Source of the DNA: Candidatus Spongiisociaceae bacterium
Lineage (GTDB): Bacteria; Actinomycetota; Acidimicrobiia; Spongiisociales; Spongiisociaceae
NCBI GenBank assembly: GCA_965219685.1
Contig: CBDCOH010000002.1
Location: 3,552,001 to 3,616,000 of the forward strand
DNA: 64,000 nt
Direction of reading: 5' to 3'
Shown: in pieces, positions 40,760 to 50,067 of the stretch
Layout of the letters: each line of letters opens with the position of its first letter
Position numbering within the stretch: the stretch's first letter is position 1
Notes under the pieces: model-generated
Databases searched by the model: none
Seen by the model: the letters and a program-made list of their open reading frames with translations, nothing else
Told to the model about the DNA's origin: nothing
Program-made: the position numbers and the translations under genes

Positions 40760-42163
40760 ATGCGACCGGTACTCACCTCCGAGCAGTCCCGCCGCCAGGA
40801 CGCTCTCGCCGATGTGGACCCGCGGACGCTGCTGGACCGGGCCGGGCTGGCGGTGGCCCTGCAGGCGGCTGCACTCGGGGCCGGCTACGGATGCCGGGTG
40901 GCGGTGCTCGCCGGTCCCGGTAACAACGGCGGGGACGGATACGTGGCCGCCCGTCACCTCTACGGGCGGGGAGCGGCCGTCGACATCTATCCGCTGACCG
41001 CGCCGAGGAGCGGTCCGGCACGATGGGCACACCGGCTGGCCTCTAGGGAAGGAGTGGCCGTCCGGGACTGGGACGACCCTCGACCGGCGGATCTGGTGAT
41101 CGACGCCCTGTTCGGGGCTGGGTTCCGGGGAACGTTGCCCGACCTCTCCCCGTGGCGGGAGGCCCCGGCATGCATGGCCGTGGACGTCCCGTCGGGACTG
41201 GACGCCTCTACCGGCGAGGCCGTGGACGGCGCCCTGGTAGCCGACGCGACCGTGACCTTCCACGGGTACCGGGTGGGCCACCTCGTGGGTCAGGGTCCGG
41301 ACCTCTGCGGGGAGGTGGTGGTGGCGGACATCTGGCTGCCCGACGTGGAGCCCGAGATGTGGCTGTGCGAGGAGGCGGACGCCCCCCTCCCGGCGCGGAG
41401 CCGCACCGGCCACAAGTGGTCGGCCGGGTCGGTCCTGGTGATCGGCGGCTCCGACGGCCTGGACGGGGCGGCCACCCTCACCGCCCGGGCGGCGCTGCGG
41501 GCCGGGGCGGGGGCGGTGATGATCGCCTGCCCGCCCACCGTCGAGGAGAAGGTGCGGGCGCCCGAGATCATGACCAGGGCGATCGGCGAGAGCCGCTCGT
41601 TCTCGGCCGCCGACCTTCCCCAGGTGCTGGCCCTGGCGGACCGTTTCGACCTGGTGATCATCGGGCCCGGCCTCGGATCGGCCGCCGACCTGGGAGGCTT
41701 CGTCAGCGGGTTCTTGGAGGGCTGCGGCGGTCCGGTGGTGGCCGACGCCGACGCCCTCAACGCCTTGGACGGGCCTCGGGACCTGGTCAGGGAAGGGGAG
41801 ACCGTGATCACCCCCCACACCGGAGAGTTCTCCCGCCTGACCGGCCGGGCCGCCTCCTACCAGGAAGCCGCCTCGCTCTCGGCCTCCACGGGGGTGACCG
41901 TCCTGCTGAAGGGCGCTCCCACCTTCGTCATGGGAGCGGCGCGCTGGGTGGTGAACTCCGGAGGTCCCGAACTCTCGACCATCGGGACCGGGGACGTGCT
42001 GGCGGGGATGATCGGCGCCTTCTGGGCCTCGGGGCTGGACGGTCCGGCGGCGGCCCGGTCAGGGGCGTACTGGCACGGCCGGGCCGGGGCCGACCTGCAA
42101 CAGACCCGCACGGTCACCGCGGACGTGCTCGCCGATCACATCGCCGAGACCACTCGCCGGTGA
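40760..42163 (+). CDS. nnr: Bifunctional NAD(P)H-hydrate epimerase/dehydratase
   Basis: GPGNNGGDG, DALFGAG, AVDVPSG, GPGLG, DADAL, TPHTGEF, GTGDVLAG. Confidence 0.95.
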   Translation: MRPVLTSEQSRRQDALADVDPRTLLDRAGLAVALQAAALGAGYGCRVAVLAGPGNNGGDGYVAARHLYGRGAAVDIYPLTAPRSGPARWAHRLASREGVAVRDWDDPRPADLVIDALFGAGFRGTLPDLSPWREAPACMAVDVPSGLDASTGEAVDGALVADATVTFHGYRVGHLVGQGPDLCGEVVVADIWLPDVEPEMWLCEEADAPLPARSRTGHKWSAGSVLVIGGSDGLDGAATLTARAALRAGAGAVMIACPPTVEEKVRAPEIMTRAIGESRSFSAADLPQVLALADRFDLVIIGPGLGSAADLGGFVSGFLEGCGGPVVADADALNALDGPRDLVREGETVITPHTGEFSRLTGRAASYQEAASLSASTGVTVLLKGAPTFVMGAARWVVNSGGPELSTIGTGDVLAGMIGAFWASGLDGPAAARSGAYWHGRAGADLQQTRTVTADVLADHIAETTRR

Positions 42164-42220
42164 CCCGCCTGGCGCGAGTCCGACAAGCGCCGATTAACCA
42201 TTCGTTCGCAACTAACTAGG

Positions 42221-42248
42221 TTGCGTATCGGTTGCACATGCGTACAAT
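42221..42248 (+). promoter_or_regulatory. Leaderless promoter of TA operon with possible operator
   Basis: TTGCGT-16-TACAAT, ATG 6 nt later; inverted repeat GCAAC-N7-GTTGC overlapping the -35. Confidence 0.5.
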
Positions 42249-42254
42249 GCTTGC

Positions 42255-43016
42255 ATGACCTCGATTGACCACCTTCTGGAAAGCGATCTCGACACAGCTT
42301 CTGCCATCGCCGCTGGCATCCTTCCCGATGTGGTCGTTTCGCTGGATCTCCTCATGCCCCTGTTGGCGGCCGGGGCGGACCGTGCCGCATTGCGCCGCTA
42401 CTACCTAGCTGTCGATGCCGCGGCACAGACTCTGGCATCGCTGCCTGCCGGCAATACGAAGGCCCACGTTCCTCCCGCCGTGGTGTACCGGCTGCTGCGG
42501 AGAGACATTGCTGAGTTGGCGTGGGTCGCCCCGTCGGCTGACGGAACCGGTGTTCTTACCGCGTTGGTCGACCGGATCCGGGGGCTGGTCGGTGGCGTGC
42601 CCCGGCAGTGCGTCAAAGCGCGGCCCGACATCGACGAGCACCGCTTCGGATGGTTCCTCGAGTCAATAGTCGACCTGGAGTTCGAGCAACGGTGCGGTTC
42701 GCCGCTGCGGCGCGCTATGAGGACTCTGGAACTGTCGAGCACTGAGATGGCTGGCTTGATGGGGGTGACCCGCCAAGCGGTGGACAAGTGGTTAGCCGGC
42801 GCGCCACCGATCGAGCGGATGGCGAAAATCGGAGCGATAGCCGAGATCTCCGACATGCTGCGACACCGGCTGCGCGACGGCATGCCCCCCGTGGTGGCGC
42901 GGCGTCCCGCAGAGGCATACGGAGGACGCTGCATGCTTGAGGTGATTGCTGACGACGACCACGAGTGGCTGCGCCGTTCCGTCAGGGACAGCTTCGACTT
43001 CGCAGCCGTCGCGTGA
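42255..43016 (+). CDS. Xre/MbcA/ParS-like antitoxin with HTH and N-terminal extension
   Basis: HTH EMAGLMGVTRQAVDKW; C-terminal RRPAEAYGG; precedes a RES gene. Confidence 0.7.
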   Translation: MTSIDHLLESDLDTASAIAAGILPDVVVSLDLLMPLLAAGADRAALRRYYLAVDAAAQTLASLPAGNTKAHVPPAVVYRLLRRDIAELAWVAPSADGTGVLTALVDRIRGLVGGVPRQCVKARPDIDEHRFGWFLESIVDLEFEQRCGSPLRRAMRTLELSSTEMAGLMGVTRQAVDKWLAGAPPIERMAKIGAIAEISDMLRHRLRDGMPPVVARRPAEAYGGRCMLEVIADDDHEWLRRSVRDSFDFAAVA

Positions 43017-43528
43017 GAATGCTGACCGTACCGATCGGCGGCCTGTACTACCGGGTCGCTGACCCGGACTGGGCCGACCCGCTCGACACGTCCTTCGCCG
43101 CGGCACCGCCAGGCCAGCGATGGAACCCCACCGGGCTGGCATGTCTGTACCTGAACCACGACAAGACAACAGCCCGAGCCAATGTCATGAAACGATTCGT
43201 AGGCCTCCCCTACGGCCCCGAGGACCTCAACCCCGCAACAGCCCCCCTGCTGCTCGGCGTCGACGTTCCCGAAGGAGCCGCAGCCGACGCCTACACCGAA
43301 GCCGGCCTCTCCGCCATGGGACTACCCGGCACCTACCCCCACGACACAGCCGGTGACGTGATCCCACACCAGACATGCCAGCCAATCGGTCGGGCAGCGC
43401 ACGACGCAGGACTGGACGGTACCGACTGCCGATCCGCCGCCGGCGACAGCTGCCGCGAGCTCGCATGGTTCCCCGGACCCAGAACAGCATCCGAGAAATC
43501 ACGGCTGGCCTTCGACCACTGGTGGTGA
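43013..43528 (+). CDS. RES-domain toxin
   Basis: YYRV, GQRWNP...LYL, CQPIGRAAHDAGLDG..RSA; GTGA overlap with the antitoxin. Confidence 0.8.
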   Translation: MRMLTVPIGGLYYRVADPDWADPLDTSFAAAPPGQRWNPTGLACLYLNHDKTTARANVMKRFVGLPYGPEDLNPATAPLLLGVDVPEGAAADAYTEAGLSAMGLPGTYPHDTAGDVIPHQTCQPIGRAAHDAGLDGTDCRSAAGDSCRELAWFPGPRTASEKSRLAFDHWW

Positions 43529-43700
43529 TCAGGCACCATTCGACCCCACGGAGTTCGCGCTCGACAAGACGAGTAGTTCCAAGGGATCTGGCTGGACGCG
43601 CCTGGACTCGACGATGTAAGCACAACGATCCAATCTAACGTTAATCACTAGTGCCAACTAACAACTATAGACTAACGACTAGATACTAGTCATCCAGATG

Positions 43701-43994
43701 TCAGGCGATGCGGGTCATCCGGCTGATGACGATTCCCTCGATGTGGTCGGCAATGGCGGCCAGCCCGTCGGCGATGTGAGGTTCGTCCAGGTGGAGGTCG
43801 AGGTCGGCTTCGCTCCGCCACAGGGCGACGAAGTAGAAGAGGCCCGGGTCGTCGTCGACCACGTGCAACCGGTAGTCGAGGCATCCCTCCTCCTCACGGG
43901 TGGGAGCGACCATGGCGACGAGAGCCCTCCGGACCGTGTCCTCCGATCCGGCCACGGCCCGTACACGGGCCACGGCTGTGAGGGTTTCTGCCAT
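43701..43994 (-). CDS. Putative quinol monooxygenase (ABM family)
   Basis: PTREEEGCLDYRLH...W.SEADLDLHL. Confidence 0.85.
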   Translation of the reverse strand: MAETLTAVARVRAVAGSEDTVRRALVAMVAPTREEEGCLDYRLHVVDDDPGLFYFVALWRSEADLDLHLDEPHIADGLAAIADHIEGIVISRMTRIA

Positions 43995-44072
43995 GGAGGC
44001 CACTGTACCGGCTCCTTCCACCGCCAGGAGTGCGGTAAGGGGCCGGTCGGGGGGCCGTTCTACGGATCCCCG

Positions 44073-44372
44073 TCAGGCGATGCGGGTCATCCGCTTGATG
44101 TCGATCTGCTCGATCTTGCCCTCCACGGCATCGATGGACTCCCGCACGTGGGCGGAGGCCAGGTGGATGTCCAGGTCCTCCCCGCTCCGCCACTGCTCGA
44201 CGAAGTAGAAGAGCCCCGGGTCGTCGTCGACGGCGTGCAGGTTGTACTCGATGCAGCCCTCCTCCTCGCGAGTGGGGGGGACGATGGACAGGAGGGCCTC
44301 ACGGACAGCGTCCTCCGAGCCGGACGCGGCCCGGACCCAGGCAACAACAGTCAGTACGTCGGTCATGGACAC
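44073..44372 (-). CDS. Putative quinol monooxygenase (ABM family), tandem paralog
   Basis: PTREEEGCIEYNLH...FVEQWRS.EDLDIHL. Confidence 0.88.
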   Translation of the reverse strand: MSMTDVLTVVAWVRAASGSEDAVREALLSIVPPTREEEGCIEYNLHAVDDDPGLFYFVEQWRSGEDLDIHLASAHVRESIDAVEGKIEQIDIKRMTRIA

Positions 44373-44500
44373 GACTGTAGTAGCCGCAGCCGGTCAGTGT
44401 CCGCCCAGGGCAGGGCGTAGGCGGACCCGCGCTCTCCGTATCCCCGTGTTGGGTCGGCAGAGCCGCCTTGGTAGGTTGGTCCGGTCGGAGAGGGAGGTCG

Positions 44501-45487
44501 ATGGCACGGGCCAGGTACGGGCTCACGCTGTCCAACCGCAGCGTGCTGCTCGGGATGTCCACGGTGGGCGAGATGCTCGACCTGGCGGTGGAGGCCGACC
44601 GGGCCGGGGTATGGGATTCGGTGTGGGTGGGGGATTCGATCTTCGCCAAGCCCCGCCTTGACGCCATGGTGGCGCTCGGGGCGCTGGCGGCCTGCACGGA
44701 GCGGGTCGGCCTCGGGGTCGGGTGCATGGCGAGCATGCCGTTGCGCGACGCCCTGCTGCTCGCCTACCAGTGGCTCAGCTTCGACGCCCTGTCGGGCGGC
44801 CGGTCCATCTTCGTGGCGTGCCAGGGTCAGCGGGAGGCGGGGGGCGGGAAGTTCGCGGAGGAGTTCGCCGCATTCGGGGTCGACCCGGGGACCAGGAGCC
44901 GGCGGATGGAGGAGGCGATCGAGGTCATGCGCCTCGTCTCCGAGACCGAGAACGCTTCGTACGAGGGCCTCTACAACCGGTTCGAGGACGTGACGGTACT
45001 GCCCCGGCCTGTCCAGCAGCCGCTGCCGATCTGGGTGACCGCCAACCCGAACCCGGCGTTCCCGAAGCTGTCGGAGAGGGCCCTGCGGCGGGTGGCCCGG
45101 ATGGGTGACGGCTGGATGACCACCGCCAACACGCCGCAGACCTTCGCCACCAACCTGGCGGCGATCCGGACGTACGCGGACGAGGAGGGGCGTCCCCTCG
45201 ACGAGCGCTTCGAGGCCTGCCTCTACTACAACATCCATGTGAGCGCCGACCGGGAGCGGGGGATGGAGGAGGTGGCCTCCTACCTGAAGGACTACTACGG
45301 GGTGGACTACGACCGTGCCTTCCTGGACCGGTGGGTGGCCGTCGGCGACCCGCAGCGCTGCGCCGACCTGATCGGGGAGTTCGTCGACGCCGGGGCGACC
45401 ACCGTCACCCTGCGGCTGGTGGGCCACGACGAGGCCGGCCAGTTCCGGCGGGTCACCGAAGAGGTGCTGCCCGCCCTGGTGGGATGA
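44501..45487 (+). CDS. LLM-class flavin/F420-dependent oxidoreductase
   Basis: DSVWVGDS, DALSGGR, PRPVQQPLPIWV, RVARMGDGW. Confidence 0.9.
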   Translation: MARARYGLTLSNRSVLLGMSTVGEMLDLAVEADRAGVWDSVWVGDSIFAKPRLDAMVALGALAACTERVGLGVGCMASMPLRDALLLAYQWLSFDALSGGRSIFVACQGQREAGGGKFAEEFAAFGVDPGTRSRRMEEAIEVMRLVSETENASYEGLYNRFEDVTVLPRPVQQPLPIWVTANPNPAFPKLSERALRRVARMGDGWMTTANTPQTFATNLAAIRTYADEEGRPLDERFEACLYYNIHVSADRERGMEEVASYLKDYYGVDYDRAFLDRWVAVGDPQRCADLIGEFVDAGATTVTLRLVGHDEAGQFRRVTEEVLPALVG

Positions 45488-45494
45488 GCGCGCC

Positions 45495-46358
45495 GTGATC
45501 GAGAGGTTCGACCATGCGGTCATCGGCGTCCCCGACCTCGACGCCGGGATGGACGCCTTCCGCAGGCTGGGATTCGAGGTGGCGGTGGGGGGAAGGCACC
45601 CGTCGCTGGGAACGCGCAACGCCATAGTCCGGTTCGGTCTCGACTACCTGGAGTTGCTCACGGTCGAGTTTCCGGACACGGCCCGGGCGAGGGGCACATT
45701 CGGGACCGACTTGATGTCCTTCCTGGCGGACCATTCCGGCCTGGTGGGCTACGTGCTGGCCGGGACCGGCCTCGAAGACGAGGTGGACGCCTTGCAGGAC
45801 TTCGGTCTCGCCGTCGAGGGGCCGTTCGAGATGGACCGGGTCCACCCGAAGGGCGGCCGGCTGGAGTGGAAGCTGGTGCTCCCAGGGGGATCCCCCTGGC
45901 GCAAGCCGTGGCCCTACCTGATCGACTGGATCACCGACGAGGACGAGTTGCTGGCCTGGGACCCTCCCGGCGACCACGCCAACCGGGTGAGCGGCGTGGC
46001 CGGGATCGACCTGGTGGTCGAGAACCTGGAGGAGGCCGGCGGCCTCTATGAACGGGCGCTCGGACTCCGGGCTGCGGACGGCGGGCAACAGTCGCCTGGA
46101 GCATCGAGCCGCGACTACCGGCTGGGCTCGTTCCGGCTCGCACTCCACCGGCCCGATGGGGCGGGACCCGTCGCCGGCGAACTGGATCGGAGGGGACCGG
46201 GCCCCTACCGCCTGGTGCTGGCCTCCGCCGACCTCGGTGCCACCGGGGCGGTCCTATCCCGCAACGGCGTCCGCTACGACGAGTCGGCCTCCGGCATCAA
46301 CATCGATCCGGCAGATGCGGCCGGTACCCGCCTGAGAGTGGTGAGTGGTGAGTGGTGA
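45495..46358 (+). CDS. VOC/glyoxalase-like protein
   Basis: FDHAVIGV...GGRH...GTRNA...YLELL, PYLIDW. Confidence 0.85.
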   Translation: MIERFDHAVIGVPDLDAGMDAFRRLGFEVAVGGRHPSLGTRNAIVRFGLDYLELLTVEFPDTARARGTFGTDLMSFLADHSGLVGYVLAGTGLEDEVDALQDFGLAVEGPFEMDRVHPKGGRLEWKLVLPGGSPWRKPWPYLIDWITDEDELLAWDPPGDHANRVSGVAGIDLVVENLEEAGGLYERALGLRAADGGQQSPGASSRDYRLGSFRLALHRPDGAGPVAGELDRRGPGPYRLVLASADLGATGAVLSRNGVRYDESASGINIDPADAAGTRLRVVSGEW

Positions 46359-46397
46359 GTCGATCCACTATTCACTATTCACTATTCACCATTCACC
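46338..46397. repeat. Head-to-head heptamer tracts at a convergent gene junction
   Basis: (GTGGTGA)3 on + followed by (TCACTAT/TCACCAT)4. Confidence 0.85.
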
Positions 46398-47710
46398 AAC
46401 TGCCCGCCCTTGTACACGGCGGAGATCCGCTGCGTGTTGTTGATGTCGTCCAGAGGGTCGCCGTCGAGCACCACCAGGTCGGCCAGCTTACGCTTCTCGA
46501 CGCTGCCCAGCTCGTCGGCCTGCCCGAGCAACTGGGCGGCCCGGCTGGTGCCCGCGACGATCGCCTCCATCGGCGTGAAACCGCACCCGTCGACCAGCAG
46601 CCGCAGCTCCTCGTGCATGCTGTGGCCGGGGACCACGAACGGGTTGGTCAGGTCGGTTCCCGCCGTGACGTTGACGCCGCCCCGCTGGGCACGCCCGATG
46701 AACGCCATCTGGTTGCGCAGCTCCGTCGGGGCCGCCTCCCAGTCGGAGTCGCTGTAGTCGAACGGGTAGGCGTACTGGCTCCACTGCTCGGCTACCGCCG
46801 CGGGCATCTCGTCGAGTCCGGCCGGGCAGGTCGCCGCTTCGGTGTTGCCGGCCAGGATGCTCTGCGAGAGGGTGAGGGTGGGCGTGATGAACGTGCCCCG
46901 CTCGGCCATCAGGGCGATCAGCCCGTCGGCGAGGTCCGACTCCGGATCGATGTAGCGCCACGCCTGGAAGCCGACCAGGGGATCCAGGATCCGGCCGGTC
47001 AGGGAGGCCAGTTCGTCCGCCAGGTCGTCGGGGACCAGCTCGCGGCCTATCCGCACGTGCTCGAGGGCGTCCACGCCGACGTTTACCGCCTCCTCGACGG
47101 TGACCATGTGCCCGACGTGGGCGGCGACCCGCACGCCTCGCCGGTGGGCTTCCGACACCACCGCCCGGAGCACCGGGAGCCGGGCCCACACGTATACCTT
47201 GATGAAGTCCATCCCGGCCTCGACCAGCCGCGCCGTCTCCTCGCGTGCGGAGGCCTCGTCGTCGATGATGGCCAGCCACCGCCACGGGGCGGGAGGATCG
47301 GCCGGTCCGTCCAGGATCGTTCCGGCGCCGAAGAAGCGGGGCCAGTCGTCCCGGCCCTCCTTGAAGGTACGGAAAATCTCGTCGGGATTGAAGTTGCCGG
47401 TGTCCCTGACGGTGGTCACGCCGTGGCCCAGCAGGGTGGTCATGAACAGGTCGGCCAGCGAGGTCGGGTCCTCCACCTGCAGGAAGGAGTTGTCCGCCAG
47501 CACGCCCACGTGGACGTGGCAGTCGATCAGGCCCGGGATCACGGTCGACCCGGAGATGTCCACCACCTCGGCGCCTTCGGGTATCTCCATGTCGCCCCGG
47601 CGGAAGACCGAATCGATCCGCTCGCCGTCGACGAGAACCACCGCGTCGTTGATCGGGTCCCTTCCGGTACCGTCGATCACCCTTGCTCCAACCAGGGCAG
47701 TAACAGCCAT
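46382..47710 (-). CDS. Amidohydrolase family protein
   Basis: PGLIDCHVH, GVTTVRD, IKVY, AHVGH, LEH, AGTD. Confidence 0.92.
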   Translation of the reverse strand: MAVTALVGARVIDGTGRDPINDAVVLVDGERIDSVFRRGDMEIPEGAEVVDISGSTVIPGLIDCHVHVGVLADNSFLQVEDPTSLADLFMTTLLGHGVTTVRDTGNFNPDEIFRTFKEGRDDWPRFFGAGTILDGPADPPAPWRWLAIIDDEASAREETARLVEAGMDFIKVYVWARLPVLRAVVSEAHRRGVRVAAHVGHMVTVEEAVNVGVDALEHVRIGRELVPDDLADELASLTGRILDPLVGFQAWRYIDPESDLADGLIALMAERGTFITPTLTLSQSILAGNTEAATCPAGLDEMPAAVAEQWSQYAYPFDYSDSDWEAAPTELRNQMAFIGRAQRGGVNVTAGTDLTNPFVVPGHSMHEELRLLVDGCGFTPMEAIVAGTSRAAQLLGQADELGSVEKRKLADLVVLDGDPLDDINNTQRISAVYKGGQLVNGE

Positions 47711-48119
47711 CTCCTCCGCTCCTTCTCCGTGTGCGGTTGCGCGATCCAATCTAGTGAGGGAACCGCCCGGTGGCCCTCCGATGGCGTGCCGTGGTAGCCC
47801 GCCGAGGGGTCCGCACCCGCAGCTTGCACGAGGGTTCCGGCTGGTTGGAAGCACCGATCCCCGGAGCCCTGGCAGCGCGTTCGCAACGGAGTTCTGTATT
47901 CGCCCGAACTCCGTTGGCTGTGAGGGATGACGCAAGTTGCATCGCCGATAGGGAGACATCGGCAATAGCCCACTGTCAGATGTTGCCGAGGTCCGGTACA
48001 GTAGCTTCATAACATCGCCGTGGATGGGAGGTTCTCCCATTCACGAATGAAATCGCCGGTGGCACACCAAGTGCTACCGCAATTCGTCGCCGGGGGCCCG
48101 CATCGCGGGCTCCCGCATT

Positions 48120-48331
48120 TTGTTGCCCACGGATGGCAAGGCAGCATGGACGTCGCCTTGGTGTTATCGAGCGATGCCGACCTGGTGCCGGCAGTCCGGG
48201 CGTTGCGCGACCACGGACTTCGCACGGTAAACGCATCATGGCGTGGTCACGGCCACGAGTTGGCCAAGGCATGCTGGGGATCATTTGACCTCGACGACAT
48301 CGCAGGGAAGGTCATCCGCCCCGGTTCGTAA
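48120..48331 (+). pseudogene. NYN-domain protein C-terminal fragment
   Basis: DVALVLSSDADLVPAVRALRDHG...HELAKAC. Confidence 0.6.
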
Positions 48332-48512
48332 CTAGCCGAGCCTTGATCAGAAGGACCGGGGAGGTGCCTGTCGCACCGCGTCCCGGCGACGGAACGGCGG
48401 CGGGTGCGGGAGGGAGACCCTATCGGGCACCGGCGAATGACGGTCGTCCGGCGACCTGGCACTGGGGGACCGTTGCCGGATTGGCGCAGGCGCCGCTAGC
48501 TTCGCCGGAGGG

Positions 48513-49595
48513 ATGCATGAACGTGACGTAGCGCCGGAGCCGACTCGGAGCGGTAGCCGGTGGCGCCCCCGTGACCGGGCGGCAGCTGCTACGGGCTCGG
48601 CCTGGGTGGCGGTCCTGGCCATGTCGGTCGTGCCGGTGTGGGTGCATCTGACGGTCGCCGGCCGCGGCGGGAACCCGTTCTGGTGGGTCGCGGCCATGAA
48701 CGTGGGGCAGGGCTGCGTCCTCGTGCCATTCCTGGTTGCCACCCGGCGGGCGGCCGGGCTGAGGGGGGCGAGGGGCCTGTCAGCCGCCGAGGTGATGGGT
48801 GCATCGCCAGGGGCGGGCGGTCGGGTCTGGACGTACGTCACGGCGGTCGGTTTCTGGATGGTGCCTGCCCGGATGAGCTTCGCGTTTATGGTGTGGGCGA
48901 CCGAGTGGGTGGGGACGGCCGCGGCTGCCGTCGTCGGCCAGTACCTGGTTCCCCTGGCCGTTGCGGCGCTCCTGGCGGCATCGGGTCGGTCCGTTCTACC
49001 CCGCCACTGGCCGCTGATGGGATCCGTCGCAGTGGTGGGGGTGTGGCTCGTGGCTGCGGGGGAGTCCGGCGGTGTTGCCCCTCTGCTCGCGTACCGGACG
49101 GGATGGCCGGTGCTGATCGGTCTCTCCCTGGCGATGGTGTCCACACTCGGTGCGGCGGCTTCGGTGGCACTCAACCTGGTTTACGGCGACCGGCTGTCGG
49201 TGGCGGCGGCCGGACGCGGTGGGGGCGATCCTCCGGCCGCCGGCGTGTGGTGGGCGATGGCGGCGATGGCGGGATCGTGCTTCGCCGTGGCCCCGCTGAA
49301 CCTCGCGGTCGGGTGGTGGCTGTTCGGCCCGGCGCCGCTCAGCGACATGTGGTCCGGGCTGGTGTTCGGCGCCACGGCGGTGGCTGTAGGGGGTACCGCC
49401 CTGCGGTTGGCCAACGCGCTGAGCCGCTCGGCGGCTGTCAACGCCCCGATGCTCCTGGCGATGCCCCTCGCGGTGCTATGGCTCCTCCTCGCCGGGGCCG
49501 CTCCACCGAGGCTCGACCTCTACCTGGCGGGAGTAGCCCTCCTGCTGCTGGTCGTCTGGCACACGTCGGGCAAGACCCACAGACGAGGCGGGTAG
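48513..49595 (+). CDS. Polytopic membrane protein (DMT/EamA-like)
   Basis: ~10 hydrophobic segments. Confidence 0.55.
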   Translation: MHERDVAPEPTRSGSRWRPRDRAAAATGSAWVAVLAMSVVPVWVHLTVAGRGGNPFWWVAAMNVGQGCVLVPFLVATRRAAGLRGARGLSAAEVMGASPGAGGRVWTYVTAVGFWMVPARMSFAFMVWATEWVGTAAAAVVGQYLVPLAVAALLAASGRSVLPRHWPLMGSVAVVGVWLVAAGESGGVAPLLAYRTGWPVLIGLSLAMVSTLGAAASVALNLVYGDRLSVAAAGRGGGDPPAAGVWWAMAAMAGSCFAVAPLNLAVGWWLFGPAPLSDMWSGLVFGATAVAVGGTALRLANALSRSAAVNAPMLLAMPLAVLWLLLAGAAPPRLDLYLAGVALLLLVVWHTSGKTHRRGG

Positions 49596-49750
49596 ACGGT
49601 CCTGTCATGTGTTGGGGACGGAACCAACACGGCCAACTGGACGCACCGTCGCGTTCGTTCACGGCGGTTGCCGCTGGTGCTGGCCATTCGTGTGGGCTGC
49701 GGGCCGATGGTTCGATCGTTTGCCGGGGTGGCCGCCTACCTAGACCCTGA
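49596..49750 (+). pseudogene. Orphan RCC1-repeat fragment
   Basis: DGPVMCWGRNQHGQLDAP..FTAVAAGAGHSCGLRADGSIVC. Confidence 0.7.
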
Positions 49751-50067
49751 CGCTGGGCGAACCGCCGACTTGTATGCGGGGTGCCGCTCGCTGTGGTCGT
49801 GAAGGTCGTAGCGTCTGGTAGGTCATCGGCTGGGTTGGCTCGTGAACCGTCTGCCACTTCCTTGGGCTGGCTCTCCTGAGGTTGACCGGCTGTGGTGGGA
49901 CGCCTCAGGTGATTCCCCGGTTTTCGGGAGTGGACCGCCCCGGGTTCACCCGCCAACCCATGACGAACAGGGCACCACCCAGTATGAGTGAATCAGGGCT
50001 AGCACCCAACCGCTGGCACCCGCCCGGTACTATCGGCCTCCGTCGTAGAAGAGACACGGGGGCGGGC

